Both the position numbers and the translations under genes were made by a program. This document shows positions 1 through 8,825 of a DNA stretch of 64,000 bases, one piece after another (within the stretch, counting starts at the first letter, position 1; every line of letters begins with the position of its first letter). Source of the stretch: Obrimoposthia wandeli (lineage: Eukaryota); the NCBI GenBank assembly GCA_977020255.1, contig CDROCS010006248.1, forward strand, positions 1-64,000, written 5' to 3'. The notes under the pieces are model-generated. The model did not search any database and was not told the DNA's origin. It worked only from the letters and a program-made list of their open reading frames with translations.

Positions 1-153
1 GTAACGCCTTTTGTCATGATGTCAGTCGCAGTGTTATTAGGTGGTCGCCGCTGGGTAGCAATGACAGCCGTTTCTATTGTAGTGCCGTTGATGGTTTTTT
101 ATGGATCAAGCCACTTCTTACGAGTCTTTTTACCGACTTGGTCTTTGTCATAA
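1..153 (+). CDS. tctB: Tripartite tricarboxylate transporter small membrane subunit (TctB), 5'-truncated by window edge
   Basis: Not in the ORF track. Frame 1 reads VTPFVMMSVAVLLGGRRWVAMTAVSIVVPLMVFYGSSHFLRVFLPTWSLS* to TAA at 151-153. It is hydrophobic, has a TctB-like 'F..FLRV.LP' C-terminus and lies directly upstream of tctA. Confidence 0.75.
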   Translation, partial: VTPFVMMSVAVLLGGRRWVAMTAVSIVVPLMVFYGSSHFLRVFLPTWSLS

Positions 154-168
154 ATAGGGATTAGCATT

Positions 169-1662
169 ATGTTTGACAATATTATAAATGGTTTTGGCTC
201 TATTCTAGCGGTAGGTCCTATTTTGGGAATTATCGCAGGTGTTTTGGTTGGCATCATCTTTGGCGCTATACCTGGCATATCAGGCATTATGGCCATTTCA
301 ATCATTTTACCACTGACGTTTTATGTAGACCCTATTATTGGTATCACCATGCTGTTGGCTGTTTATAAAGCGGGCATCTATGGTGGATCTATTTCGGCGA
401 TTTTGATCAACACACCAGGCGCCGCAGCTTCATTCTTAACCGCGCAAGATGGCCACGCGCTCACTAAAATGGGTAAGGCGGGTAAAGCATTAGATATATC
501 GCTTTTTTCATCAGTAACCGGTGAAGCACTAGCAACAATAGTGTTGATTTTTATTGCAGCCCCTATATCAGCCATTTCTTTACAAGCAGGGCCGATTGAA
601 AAAGTATTTCTACTGCTCTTTGCTTTTACCGTTATAGGTTCGTTAGCAGGGGAGTCTATCTCGCGAGGTTTGCTCTCTTGTTGCCTAGGCATGATTTGCG
701 CAATGGTCGGTTTATCAACCATTACCGGCGCATCACGTTTTACCTTTGGTGTGACTGAATTAATGGCAGGGTTCACGTTTATCCCTTTGCTAATCGGTAT
801 CTTAGTGATGCCAGAAGTCATCAATGTGATTAGGCGAAGGCACTTACCTGAGCACGAGATATCGCTAACAAAATCAGCCAACAAAGACGATAACCGTATC
901 AGTTGGAAAGAGTATCGCGGATTGTTCGGTACTATTTTGAAATCCACCGGTATAGGTACCTTTATAGGAGCGCTGCCAGGGCTAGGTTCTAGTACCGCCG
1001 CGTTTATCGCTTATGGAGAGGCTAAGCGTACTTCAAAAGAGCCAGAGAAGTTTGGTAAAGGTTCAGTTGAGGGGATAGCTGCAGCTGAATCCGCTAACAA
1101 TGCGGTATGTGGTTCAAGCTTGATACCCATGCTTACGCTGAGTATTCCAGGTGATGATGTTGCTGCACTGTTAATGGGCGCATTTTTGATTCACGGATTA
1201 ACGCCTGGACCAATGATCTTCTTCGAGCATACAGAAACCATTTATGCCATTTTTGCAGGCTTTTTGCTGACCGATTTATTCTTGCTAGTAATTGCACGCT
1301 CAGGCTTTAGATTCTTCACTAAAGTGGCTTCGCTTAAGCGTTATTTTATATTCCCATGTGTCACCGTATTTGCCTTTGCGGGTGCTTTCACTTCAGCACA
1401 AAACATGGATGACGTACTTATTTTAATCGTCTTCACTATTATTGGTTATGCCATGCGCTTAATTGGCTTAAACCCTGCGGTGTTTATTATTGGCTTTATT
1501 TTAACGCCTTTCTTAGAGCAAAACTTAGATCAAGCACTCGCGATTGTAGGTGATGATTATTACCTGTTTGTCGCCTCTCCTTTTTCTTGGGTCTTTATCG
1601 CGCTAGCCGCCTTTTTTGTCGGCTCTAGTGTGCATTTGAAACGTAAACATGCAAAACAATGA
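169..1662 (+). CDS. tctA: Tripartite tricarboxylate transporter large permease (TctA)
   Basis: 497-aa polytopic membrane protein with TctA motifs GAIPGISG, YGGSISAILINTPG, AAAESANNA and LSIPGD. Confidence 0.92.
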   Translation: MFDNIINGFGSILAVGPILGIIAGVLVGIIFGAIPGISGIMAISIILPLTFYVDPIIGITMLLAVYKAGIYGGSISAILINTPGAAASFLTAQDGHALTKMGKAGKALDISLFSSVTGEALATIVLIFIAAPISAISLQAGPIEKVFLLLFAFTVIGSLAGESISRGLLSCCLGMICAMVGLSTITGASRFTFGVTELMAGFTFIPLLIGILVMPEVINVIRRRHLPEHEISLTKSANKDDNRISWKEYRGLFGTILKSTGIGTFIGALPGLGSSTAAFIAYGEAKRTSKEPEKFGKGSVEGIAAAESANNAVCGSSLIPMLTLSIPGDDVAALLMGAFLIHGLTPGPMIFFEHTETIYAIFAGFLLTDLFLLVIARSGFRFFTKVASLKRYFIFPCVTVFAFAGAFTSAQNMDDVLILIVFTIIGYAMRLIGLNPAVFIIGFILTPFLEQNLDQALAIVGDDYYLFVASPFSWVFIALAAFFVGSSVHLKRKHAKQ

Positions 1663-1750
1663 GTATGCACTAAAGCTACTTTGAATAAAGAATTAGCAGT
1701 AAAACTGTAAACGAAACCTGTAATTAATAACAACAATGAGGAATTACCAA

Positions 1751-2694
1751 ATGAAATTATTCAACACAAAACTAACAACACTCGTGTCAGCAATTGGCAT
1801 CTGTTTAGCATCAAGCGCAGCGGTTGCAGGGTATCCTGAGAAACCTATTAAAATCATCGTTCCTTATGGCGCGGGTGGTGATTCAGATTTAACAACGCGT
1901 GTTTGGGCTGATGCTGTTGAGAAAGAGCTGGGCGTACCCGTGATTGTTATCAACAAAAAAGGCGCGGGCGGTATTGTCGGTACTTCTTTTGTTGCCAATG
2001 CTAAAAAAGATGGCTACACGCTGATTAATGCAGGTTTAGGCAACATGTTAGTAACGCCTAACTTTAGTAAAACGCCTTACAGCTTTGAAAGCTTTACGCC
2101 TGTACTTAAAATGACGGCAGTACCTTTAGGTGTAGTTGTTGCCAAAGATAGCCCTTACAAAACATTCCCAGAGTTCATTGCTGGTGCAAAGGCAAAGAGA
2201 TTGACACAAGGATCTTGGGGCGCGGCATCTTCAGGCACTATTCTGTTGTAAACATCGCTGATCAAGGGTTACACCGAAGTATGTAATAATGCAATACGAC
2301 AGCTGAATCAATGGTATCAGTTATTGGTGGGCATATAGACTCAGCCGTTTCGTTCCCACCGGCATTTGGTCCTCATGTAAAAGCGGATCGTGCACGTGTT
2401 CTCGTAATGAACCAGAAAATGGATCTATACCCGGGTGTACCCACTTTCTCAGAATTTGGTATTAAGGGAAGCTTCGAAGGTTGGTCTGGTATTTTTGCAC
2501 CAAAAGGTGTTCCACAGGAAGTTATAGACAAGCTAATTGCAGCAACTACTAAAGCAATGAAAGATCCTAAAGTTTTAAAAGCGTACGCAAACATGGGCGC
2601 TATTGTTAACTTTAGACATGGCGAAAAGTGGATTGCAGACATGACTGAAACATCTCAAATCATGAAAGATGCAGCAGCAAAAGTTAAAAAGTAA
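1751..2694 (+). pseudogene. tctC: TTT substrate-binding protein (TctC/Bug family), reading frame broken around 2249-2292
   Basis: N-half has a signal peptide plus YPEKPIKIIVPYGAGGDSD and NKKGAGG. C-half (2311-2694) has VIGGHID, PTFSEFG and GIFAPKGVP. The halves are in different frames with stops at 2249, 2284 and 2287. Likely start is the ATG at 1751. Could be a sequencing error. Confidence 0.75.
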
Positions 2695-2721
2695 GAAGCT
2701 TTAAACATAAGAGCTTCAACG

Positions 2722-2753
2722 ACTTACTTTGTGCCAATAGGCGCAAGGTAAGT
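2722..2753. terminator. Hairpin between convergent tctC and LysR genes
   Basis: ACTTACTTTGTGCC-AATA-GGCGCAAGGTAAGT, a 14-bp stem with G-U pairs. Confidence 0.5.
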
Positions 2754-2757
2754 TGCT

Positions 2758-3666
2758 TTACCACTGAGTGAATTGATCAGGTTGTTCGATTAAAGACGTT
2801 ATTTTTTCACGTACTTGTTGAGCAAAAGCTAAAGTGATACGCGATCTTGGTGTATCAGCTGGATACAAAATATTTACTTTTAAAGTGATGTTAGGGGTGA
2901 ATTTTCGAAAGACAATTTTTCCTGGCTGACTATAGCTACAGTAGCTTGCGATAGAGATTGGGTCCATTACACAAAAGCCCAAATCACGCTCTACAAAACG
3001 TAAAGCAGGAATAAAGAAACGTGTTTGTAAACGTACGTTAAGACGACTTTCATGCTTAGAAAAAGCTTTTTGTAAATCGTGAAATGTCATGTGATCTGGG
3101 TGCAAAGTAATCATCGGTTGGTTATCTAGCAATTGTGGAGTAATTACCGTTTCATTTGCTAGAGGATGGGATGCTGGAATAGCGCAGAGGCAATCGAGTT
3201 CAAAGGATTCACTCTCAAAGCTATTTTCTTGAGAAGAAATCTCTGCCAGACCAATATCGTATTGGCTAGATGCTATCCATTCTTTGACGCCATCAGAGGT
3301 ACGCGTTTGCATCGATATCTGAACTTTAGGGTGTTTTTCAAGAAAATCAGCCACTAAATCAGGCATGAAAAAATTAGAAGGCCCGGGCATGCAACCAATA
3401 CGCAAAAAACCAAACTGTTTGTTTTTAATATCTTTAACAGTTTGAGATACATCTTGAATACGGCTGAAAATAGATTCTACTTCATTATATAAGTAGTGCG
3501 CTTCAGGCGTTGGGTAGAGTCTTTTTTTACGGCGCTCAAACAGTTGGAATCCAACATTTTCTTCTAACTGATTGATTAACATACTTACAGCAGGCTGGCT
3601 TTTATACAGTTGCTTTGCCGCTTGTGAGACTGAACCTGAGAGTATGACGGCGCGAAAAGCTTCCAT
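2758..3666 (-). CDS. LysR-family transcriptional regulator
   Basis: N-terminal HTH (GSVSQAAKQLYKSQPAVS...LFER...PTPEA) plus a LysR substrate domain; divergent from the ridA operon. Confidence 0.93.
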   Translation of the reverse strand: MEAFRAVILSGSVSQAAKQLYKSQPAVSMLINQLEENVGFQLFERRKKRLYPTPEAHYLYNEVESIFSRIQDVSQTVKDIKNKQFGFLRIGCMPGPSNFFMPDLVADFLEKHPKVQISMQTRTSDGVKEWIASSQYDIGLAEISSQENSFESESFELDCLCAIPASHPLANETVITPQLLDNQPMITLHPDHMTFHDLQKAFSKHESRLNVRLQTRFFIPALRFVERDLGFCVMDPISIASYCSYSQPGKIVFRKFTPNITLKVNILYPADTPRSRITLAFAQQVREKITSLIEQPDQFTQW

Positions 3667-3725
3667 TTGTCGAAGATTGATAAGCGTGCTGCTCCTGAGT
3701 ACTTGTGATTAAACATAATTAAAAT

Positions 3726-3740
3726 TTATGAAGTTCATAA
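3726..3740. promoter_or_regulatory. Putative LysR recognition site
   Basis: Perfect palindrome TTATGAA-G-TTCATAA containing T-N11-A, about 60 bp upstream of the LysR start in the divergent promoter region. Confidence 0.55.
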
Positions 3741-3828
3741 TACTAAGTAGTAATTTTATATATAGCTAGTGATTTTAATGAAGCGAGCCGCATAGCCAAA
3801 ACGAATGATAAACCGAGAGCAAAACGAC

Positions 3829-4191
3829 ATGATAAACAGATTAAACAAAACTGCACGTATGAGCCAAATAGTGAGCTATAACGGCACAGTATTGCTTAGT
3901 GGCCAAGTTGCCAAAGATGCAAGCCAAGATGTACAGGGCCAGACTCGCCAAATACTACAACAAATTGATGATCTGCTAGCACAAGCTGGTTGTGAGAAGA
4001 GCGATGTGCTCAGCGCCAATATTTGGTTGAGCGACATTCGCCAATTCGCACTAATGAATGAAATATGGGATAGCTGGGTCGATGCTGAAAACCCACCAGT
4101 GCGTGCTTGTGTAGAAGCGCGTCTGGCTCGAGTTGAGCTGGCAGTAGAGATACAAGTAATGGCTGCTGAATCTTCAGCAAAAGGACACTGA
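3829..4191 (+). CDS. RidA/YjgF-superfamily imine deaminase (Rid2/YoaB-like)
   Basis: RMSQIV...LSGQVA, IWLSDI, MNEIWDSW and PVRACVEARL (conserved Arg), VEIQVMAA. The second ATG (3829) is the likely start; the ORF track starts at 3805. Confidence 0.9.
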   Translation: MINRLNKTARMSQIVSYNGTVLLSGQVAKDASQDVQGQTRQILQQIDDLLAQAGCEKSDVLSANIWLSDIRQFALMNEIWDSWVDAENPPVRACVEARLARVELAVEIQVMAAESSAKGH

Positions 4192-4195
4192 TTGC

Positions 4196-5473
4196 ATGAC
4201 ACAAGGTTCGGTAAATAACAGCCATTCCCAGAGCGAAGCCGCACAAAGTGTTGCGATACTTGGCGCGGGAATCGTCGGGCTAAACTGCGCTTTTTGGTTG
4301 CAACGCGCAGGCGTGAAAGTCACCTTAATCGACACCGAAAAGCCTGGCTTAGGTGCTTCTTTTGGTAATGCCGGATTATTTGCAGATTACGGCAGATTAC
4401 CGTTTGCCAATTACGCGATGCTGCGCAAAATACCAAAAATGTTGCTAGATAAGCAAAGCCCTTTAGCGATAGATCCAAGCTACACACCACAATTATTACG
4501 CTATGGCATGCAATACTTTAAAGCGTGCCGAAAATCGCGTTATGAAGCGGGTAAGCACGGCTTATTAAACTTACATAGCCTTGCTCACGAAGCAGACAAA
4601 GCTGTTATAGAAGCGACCAACAGCCAGCATTTAATTAACCAGCAAGGCTTTATGGGTTTGTTTTCAAACGTTGATAGTTTTGAAAGCGCTAAGCCAAGCT
4701 TTAAAGAGCGCGAGGCACAAGGGGTCGCGCTAGAGTTACTCAATGCTGCGCAAATTAAAGAACTTGAGCCACAGCTTAAGCTCGATTGTGCTGGTGCAGT
4801 TTATTATCCAAATACACGTCACACCATTGATCCTTCTGCGTATTGCCAATCTATTTTTGCGCATTTTATGGCAAACGGTGGAGTCTTTTTACAGCACAAA
4901 GTAGCGCAGATTACACAAACAGCTGAGCAAGTAACACTGCACAGTGCAGGGGCGGTGCACTCTTTCGATCAATTAGTCGTAGCAACAGGTGCAGCTACAA
5001 AGCAGCTAGTTGCACAATTACAGCTGCATATTCCACAAGTGTGCGAGCGCGGTTACCACTTAATGCTAAATGCAGGTGAAAAACAGATCACACGGCCGAT
5101 TGCATGGATGAACCAAGGCGTGCATATGACGCCGATGCAATCAGGTATCAGAGTGGCAGGCACCGCTGAATATACCCATCTAGATAGCGCCCCAAGTGAG
5201 CGTCGTAAAGCGGTAATGCTAGGCCATGCTAAAGCCATGTTAGGTGATGATGTAAGTGTTGAATCAAGCTGGGTAGGAAGTCGTCCCACTACACCTGATT
5301 CATTACCCGTGATTGCCAAAATGAAAGCGAAGCCGAATGTTACCTTAGCTTTTGGGCATGGCCATTTAGGTTTAACGCTAGCGTCAGTAACCGGAAAAGT
5401 AGTTGCCGATTTAGTAACAGGAAAGGCGCCAGCAGTTGATATCAGTGCTTTTAGCGCAGAGCGTTTTAATTAG
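4196..5473 (+). CDS. FAD-dependent D-amino-acid dehydrogenase/oxidase (DAO/DadA-like)
   Basis: GAGIVG Rossmann motif, ASFGNAG, ERGYH, WVGSRPTTPDSLPVI and FGHGHLGLTLA. Confidence 0.85.
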   Translation: MTQGSVNNSHSQSEAAQSVAILGAGIVGLNCAFWLQRAGVKVTLIDTEKPGLGASFGNAGLFADYGRLPFANYAMLRKIPKMLLDKQSPLAIDPSYTPQLLRYGMQYFKACRKSRYEAGKHGLLNLHSLAHEADKAVIEATNSQHLINQQGFMGLFSNVDSFESAKPSFKEREAQGVALELLNAAQIKELEPQLKLDCAGAVYYPNTRHTIDPSAYCQSIFAHFMANGGVFLQHKVAQITQTAEQVTLHSAGAVHSFDQLVVATGAATKQLVAQLQLHIPQVCERGYHLMLNAGEKQITRPIAWMNQGVHMTPMQSGIRVAGTAEYTHLDSAPSERRKAVMLGHAKAMLGDDVSVESSWVGSRPTTPDSLPVIAKMKAKPNVTLAFGHGHLGLTLASVTGKVVADLVTGKAPAVDISAFSAERFN

Positions 5474-5519
5474 CAGCACAAACAAGAATTATTTATAGAT
5501 CATTACACAGAGGATAAGT

Positions 5520-6239
5520 ATGACAATTTTAAAAGGCGGTTTTAACTATTACAGCATCCCAATTGGGGTTATCTGCTTAGAATCTTATTTTCCAAAACCG
5601 CTTGGTCACATTAAGCACCCAGCCGGTTTTGATTTTCCAGTATTGTACAAAACAGTACAAGGCGCCACGATTGCACGTTTAATCGGTCAACGAGATCCTG
5701 CATTACTGCAGCCTTTTATTGAAGCGGCGCAAGAATTAGAACGTGAAGGGGTTAAAGCGATTACAGCTAGCTGTGGTTTCTTAGCTTTATTTCAGCGAGA
5801 AATAGCAGATGCTGTTGATATTCCTGTATTTATTTCAAGCTTGATACAAATCCCTATGGTGTATAACAGCCTTGGACGTCATCGTAAAGTGGGCGTGGTT
5901 GTAGCTAATAGTGATGCGTTATCTGAAGATCATTTGATAGCCGTCGGTGCACAGAACATTCCTATCGCACTAGCCGGTATGCAGCATCAGCCACAGTTTG
6001 CAGATGTAATATTACATGCCAAGAGCAATGATTTTGATGTAGATATTTTTCGCGATGAATTATTCACAGTGATCGAGAATTTGATCAGTGAAAACCCTGA
6101 TCTGGGTTCTATCGTTTTAGAATGTACTGATTTATCACACTTCGCACCACAAGTGCAGGAGCGTTTTAACTTACCAGTGTACGACTTAACCAGTTTGACA
6201 AGAATGGTAGCTGCGACAGTAGAACGTAAAATCGCTTAA
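5520..6239 (+). CDS. Aspartate/glutamate/hydantoin racemase-family protein (PLP-independent)
   Basis: Two catalytic-type Cys motifs (ITASCGFL, VLECTDL) and the C-terminal PVYD typical of the family. Confidence 0.75.
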   Translation: MTILKGGFNYYSIPIGVICLESYFPKPLGHIKHPAGFDFPVLYKTVQGATIARLIGQRDPALLQPFIEAAQELEREGVKAITASCGFLALFQREIADAVDIPVFISSLIQIPMVYNSLGRHRKVGVVVANSDALSEDHLIAVGAQNIPIALAGMQHQPQFADVILHAKSNDFDVDIFRDELFTVIENLISENPDLGSIVLECTDLSHFAPQVQERFNLPVYDLTSLTRMVAATVERKIA

Positions 6240-6310
6240 TGTTGTAAAAATATTAAAAGCTGTGAAAATGGCAAAACAGTGTTTTTTACAAAACAGTGAC
6301 TGTTACAAAA

Positions 6311-6342
6311 CAAGATCAATTTTATCTATTAAATTGATCTTG
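6311..6342. terminator. AT-rich hairpin between convergent racemase and transaminase genes
   Basis: CAAGATCAATTT-N8-AAATTGATCTTG, a perfect 12-bp inverted repeat. Confidence 0.4.
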
Positions 6343-6366
6343 CTGTGCGCTTATCAGTATTAGCTA

Positions 6367-7335
6367 TTAACAGTTAGCTAACACAGTACCTTTAGTCAAC
6401 TGATCTTCAATAAGTAATGCACGTGCAGCTTTTGCAACAGGGCCAGGCTTTCCGTCACCTACCATCTTACCAGCAACTTCTACCACTGGAAGGGCATCTA
6501 GTGTGGTGCCAACCATGAATATTTCTTTAGCATTCATTAGGCCATCAGCTTGTTGCTTCTCTTCTTTCATTTCGCGAATAAGGCCTTGTTCAACCATCTT
6601 GTGCGATAATTCTTGAAGCCTTAACAGCGTAGTGCCTCTTAAGGTGTGATCGAAACTTGAGAAGATCAAATCATTTTCAGGCGTTAAGTAGGCGATGTTT
6701 TCAGTCGGGCCTTCACCAAGATCACCCTCTTCAGTGACGTTGATTACAAAGTTAAGTTTGCTATCAACTGCTTCTTTGCTCATCAGTACATTGGATAAGT
6801 AATTACATGATTTAGTTTTAGCCATGCCGCCACTTTTAACCGCTACTTGGCTGAAGCCAATTTTAGCGCCATCATCATAAAGGGTTGCAGCAGGGTTACT
6901 TAATGTTGAAACGATTAAGTACAACTGTGGGCCGATTGAAACATAAGGATTTGGCGTGAAACCACCTGGTCCGCGTGATGCGTACAAGCGAAACAGCGCA
7001 TTGTCTAGGCCACATACTTCAATCAACTGCTTACAAATAGCTTTGATTTCGTCTCTGTCGTGTTTCAAATCAAGGAATATATCAGCCGCTGAGCGCTCTA
7101 AGCGCGCTAAGTGCTCATCAAGTAAAAACACTTTTCCTTCAAGCATTTTAAAAGCTTCAAAAACACCGTCGCCTCTGTGTACTAAATGGTCATCCACTGG
7201 AATAGTCATCAATTTTGGGTCAGTTGTAATGCCGCCAAAGACGCTTGAATACATCGCGTGATAGTCATTTTGTGCAGCGTAGCTTGGGCAAGCTGCAACG
7301 ATTTGCTCTAAATTGTCATATACGGGAAAAGTCAT
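6367..7335 (-). CDS. Fold-type IV PLP aminotransferase, plant-type D-amino-acid transaminase-like
   Basis: IPVDDHLVHRGDGVFE, KSCNYLSNVL (PLP Lys), EGPTEN, LRGTT and EIFMVGT. Confidence 0.8.
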   Translation of the reverse strand: MTFPVYDNLEQIVAACPSYAAQNDYHAMYSSVFGGITTDPKLMTIPVDDHLVHRGDGVFEAFKMLEGKVFLLDEHLARLERSAADIFLDLKHDRDEIKAICKQLIEVCGLDNALFRLYASRGPGGFTPNPYVSIGPQLYLIVSTLSNPAATLYDDGAKIGFSQVAVKSGGMAKTKSCNYLSNVLMSKEAVDSKLNFVINVTEEGDLGEGPTENIAYLTPENDLIFSSFDHTLRGTTLLRLQELSHKMVEQGLIREMKEEKQQADGLMNAKEIFMVGTTLDALPVVEVAGKMVGDGKPGPVAKAARALLIEDQLTKGTVLANC

Positions 7336-7692
7336 GATGAAACCTTATAATTATTTGTTAACTGGAAGAGCGATACTCAAAGAAGTTATTAAAGTATTAC
7401 TTAGCCACTTTTATAGCTTGATCATGAGTGATCAAATGCCTGTTTGTATAGCGCCAATTTTCAAAAAAAATAACGCCAGTAAAAAACTGTTTTAAAACAA
7501 TGCTACTAGAGGCAAGAAGTTTTATGCATCATTTTTTGTGCTGGTGATACTGGCTTAAAATTTTACTTAATATGTGGTTTAAAGCATAAATTAAAAAAAG
7601 CTAAGGGTGTTTTTCATTAAATAAGAAGCTGCAGGTAAGGAATAAGCAGCGATCATCAATTTGATGAGAGCAAGGATAATATTAAAATGGCG

Positions 7693-7720
7693 TTGACATG
7701 AATTAGTTTTCATATATTAT
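7693..7720 (+). promoter_or_regulatory. Candidate sigma70 promoter for purU operon
   Basis: TTGACA (7693-7698), 16-bp spacer, TATTAT (7715-7720), about 130 bp upstream of purU. Confidence 0.45.
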
Positions 7721-7850
7721 CTTTAAAATGAAATTATTAAAGAAAATTTCATTTAGTAAAAAGCACTCTAAAGCTAGAGTTTTAGAGAGGCCACTAGAAG
7801 AACAGAAGTGATGCAAACTCAGTAAATAAGTTTTTTGAGGTTTAGAAGTA

Positions 7851-8705
7851 ATGTCGCGTAGTTATCGAATAATATTAGATTGTCCAGATCGCATTGGTAT
7901 CGCCAGTAGTGTAGGTGCTGTTATTACTGAACTAGGGGGCTGGGTAAGTGAAGCGGCTCATCATTCAGATGAAGAGAGTAAATGGTTTTTTTCGCGCATT
8001 GAAGTACAGGCCGATTCTCTGAGCATCAGCTTAGAGGCCTTTCGTGAAGCGTTTGTACCGCTAATTAAAGCGTTTAATCTCAATTTAAAAGTAGTCGATA
8101 GCGAAGCGCCAAAAAGAGTAGTGATGATGGCCAGTAAAGGCAGTCATTGTTTGGCTGATTTACTAGATCGCTGGAAAAATGGTGATTTGAACTGCGAAAT
8201 AAGCTGTGTGATTTCTAATCACCAAGATTTAGAGTCTTTGGTGCAGTGGTACGGTATTCCTTACCATTATGTGCCAGTAGACAAAGATAATAAAAGCAGT
8301 AGCTTTGCTAAAGTGGAAGCTTTGATTGAGCAATACCAAGCGCAGTGTGTTGTGCTGGCGCGATACATGCAAATTTTACCGCTATCGCTGTGTGAAAAAC
8401 TACCCTTTCAAGTGCTAAATATTCATCATAGTTTTCTGCCCTCTTTCGTCGGTGCAAAGCCTTACCATCAGGCTTCTCGTAGAGGGGTCAAGCTGATTGG
8501 TGCTACTTGCCATTATGTTACTGAAGAATTAGATCAGGGCCCTATTATTGATCAAGATGTGGTGCGCGTTAGACACTCTGATAAGGTTCAAGATTTAGTG
8601 CGCTTAGGTAAAGATGTTGAGAAAACGGTGTTAGCCAGAGGTCTGCGTGCACATTTAGAAGATAGAGTGTTAGTGCATGGTAATAAAACAGTCGTTTTCG
8701 ATTAG
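7851..8705 (+). CDS. purU: Formyltetrahydrofolate deformylase
   Basis: ACT domain CPDRIGI, HCLADLL, VISNH, LARYMQIL, NIHHSFLPSFVGAKPYHQA and GPIIDQDV. Confidence 0.96.
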   Translation: MSRSYRIILDCPDRIGIASSVGAVITELGGWVSEAAHHSDEESKWFFSRIEVQADSLSISLEAFREAFVPLIKAFNLNLKVVDSEAPKRVVMMASKGSHCLADLLDRWKNGDLNCEISCVISNHQDLESLVQWYGIPYHYVPVDKDNKSSSFAKVEALIEQYQAQCVVLARYMQILPLSLCEKLPFQVLNIHHSFLPSFVGAKPYHQASRRGVKLIGATCHYVTEELDQGPIIDQDVVRVRHSDKVQDLVRLGKDVEKTVLARGLRAHLEDRVLVHGNKTVVFD

Positions 8706-8825
8706 ACGTACCATTAAAAGTTAAATAACTAAAAATAAAAACATAGAGCATTGCACTAACAAACATATGACATGTGCACCGCTTATTTTTAATAACTGTA
8801 AAAACAGTTATATCAGGAGATTATA

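Noticed and set aside
3805-3840. Short direct repeat ATGATAAAC(C/A)GA 24 bp apart at the ridA start
   Set aside because: It is only 12 bp and only creates an alternative start codon; no evidence of function.
7419-7436. TTGAT...ATCAA as an FNR/ANR box
   Set aside because: The spacer is 8 bp, not the required 4.
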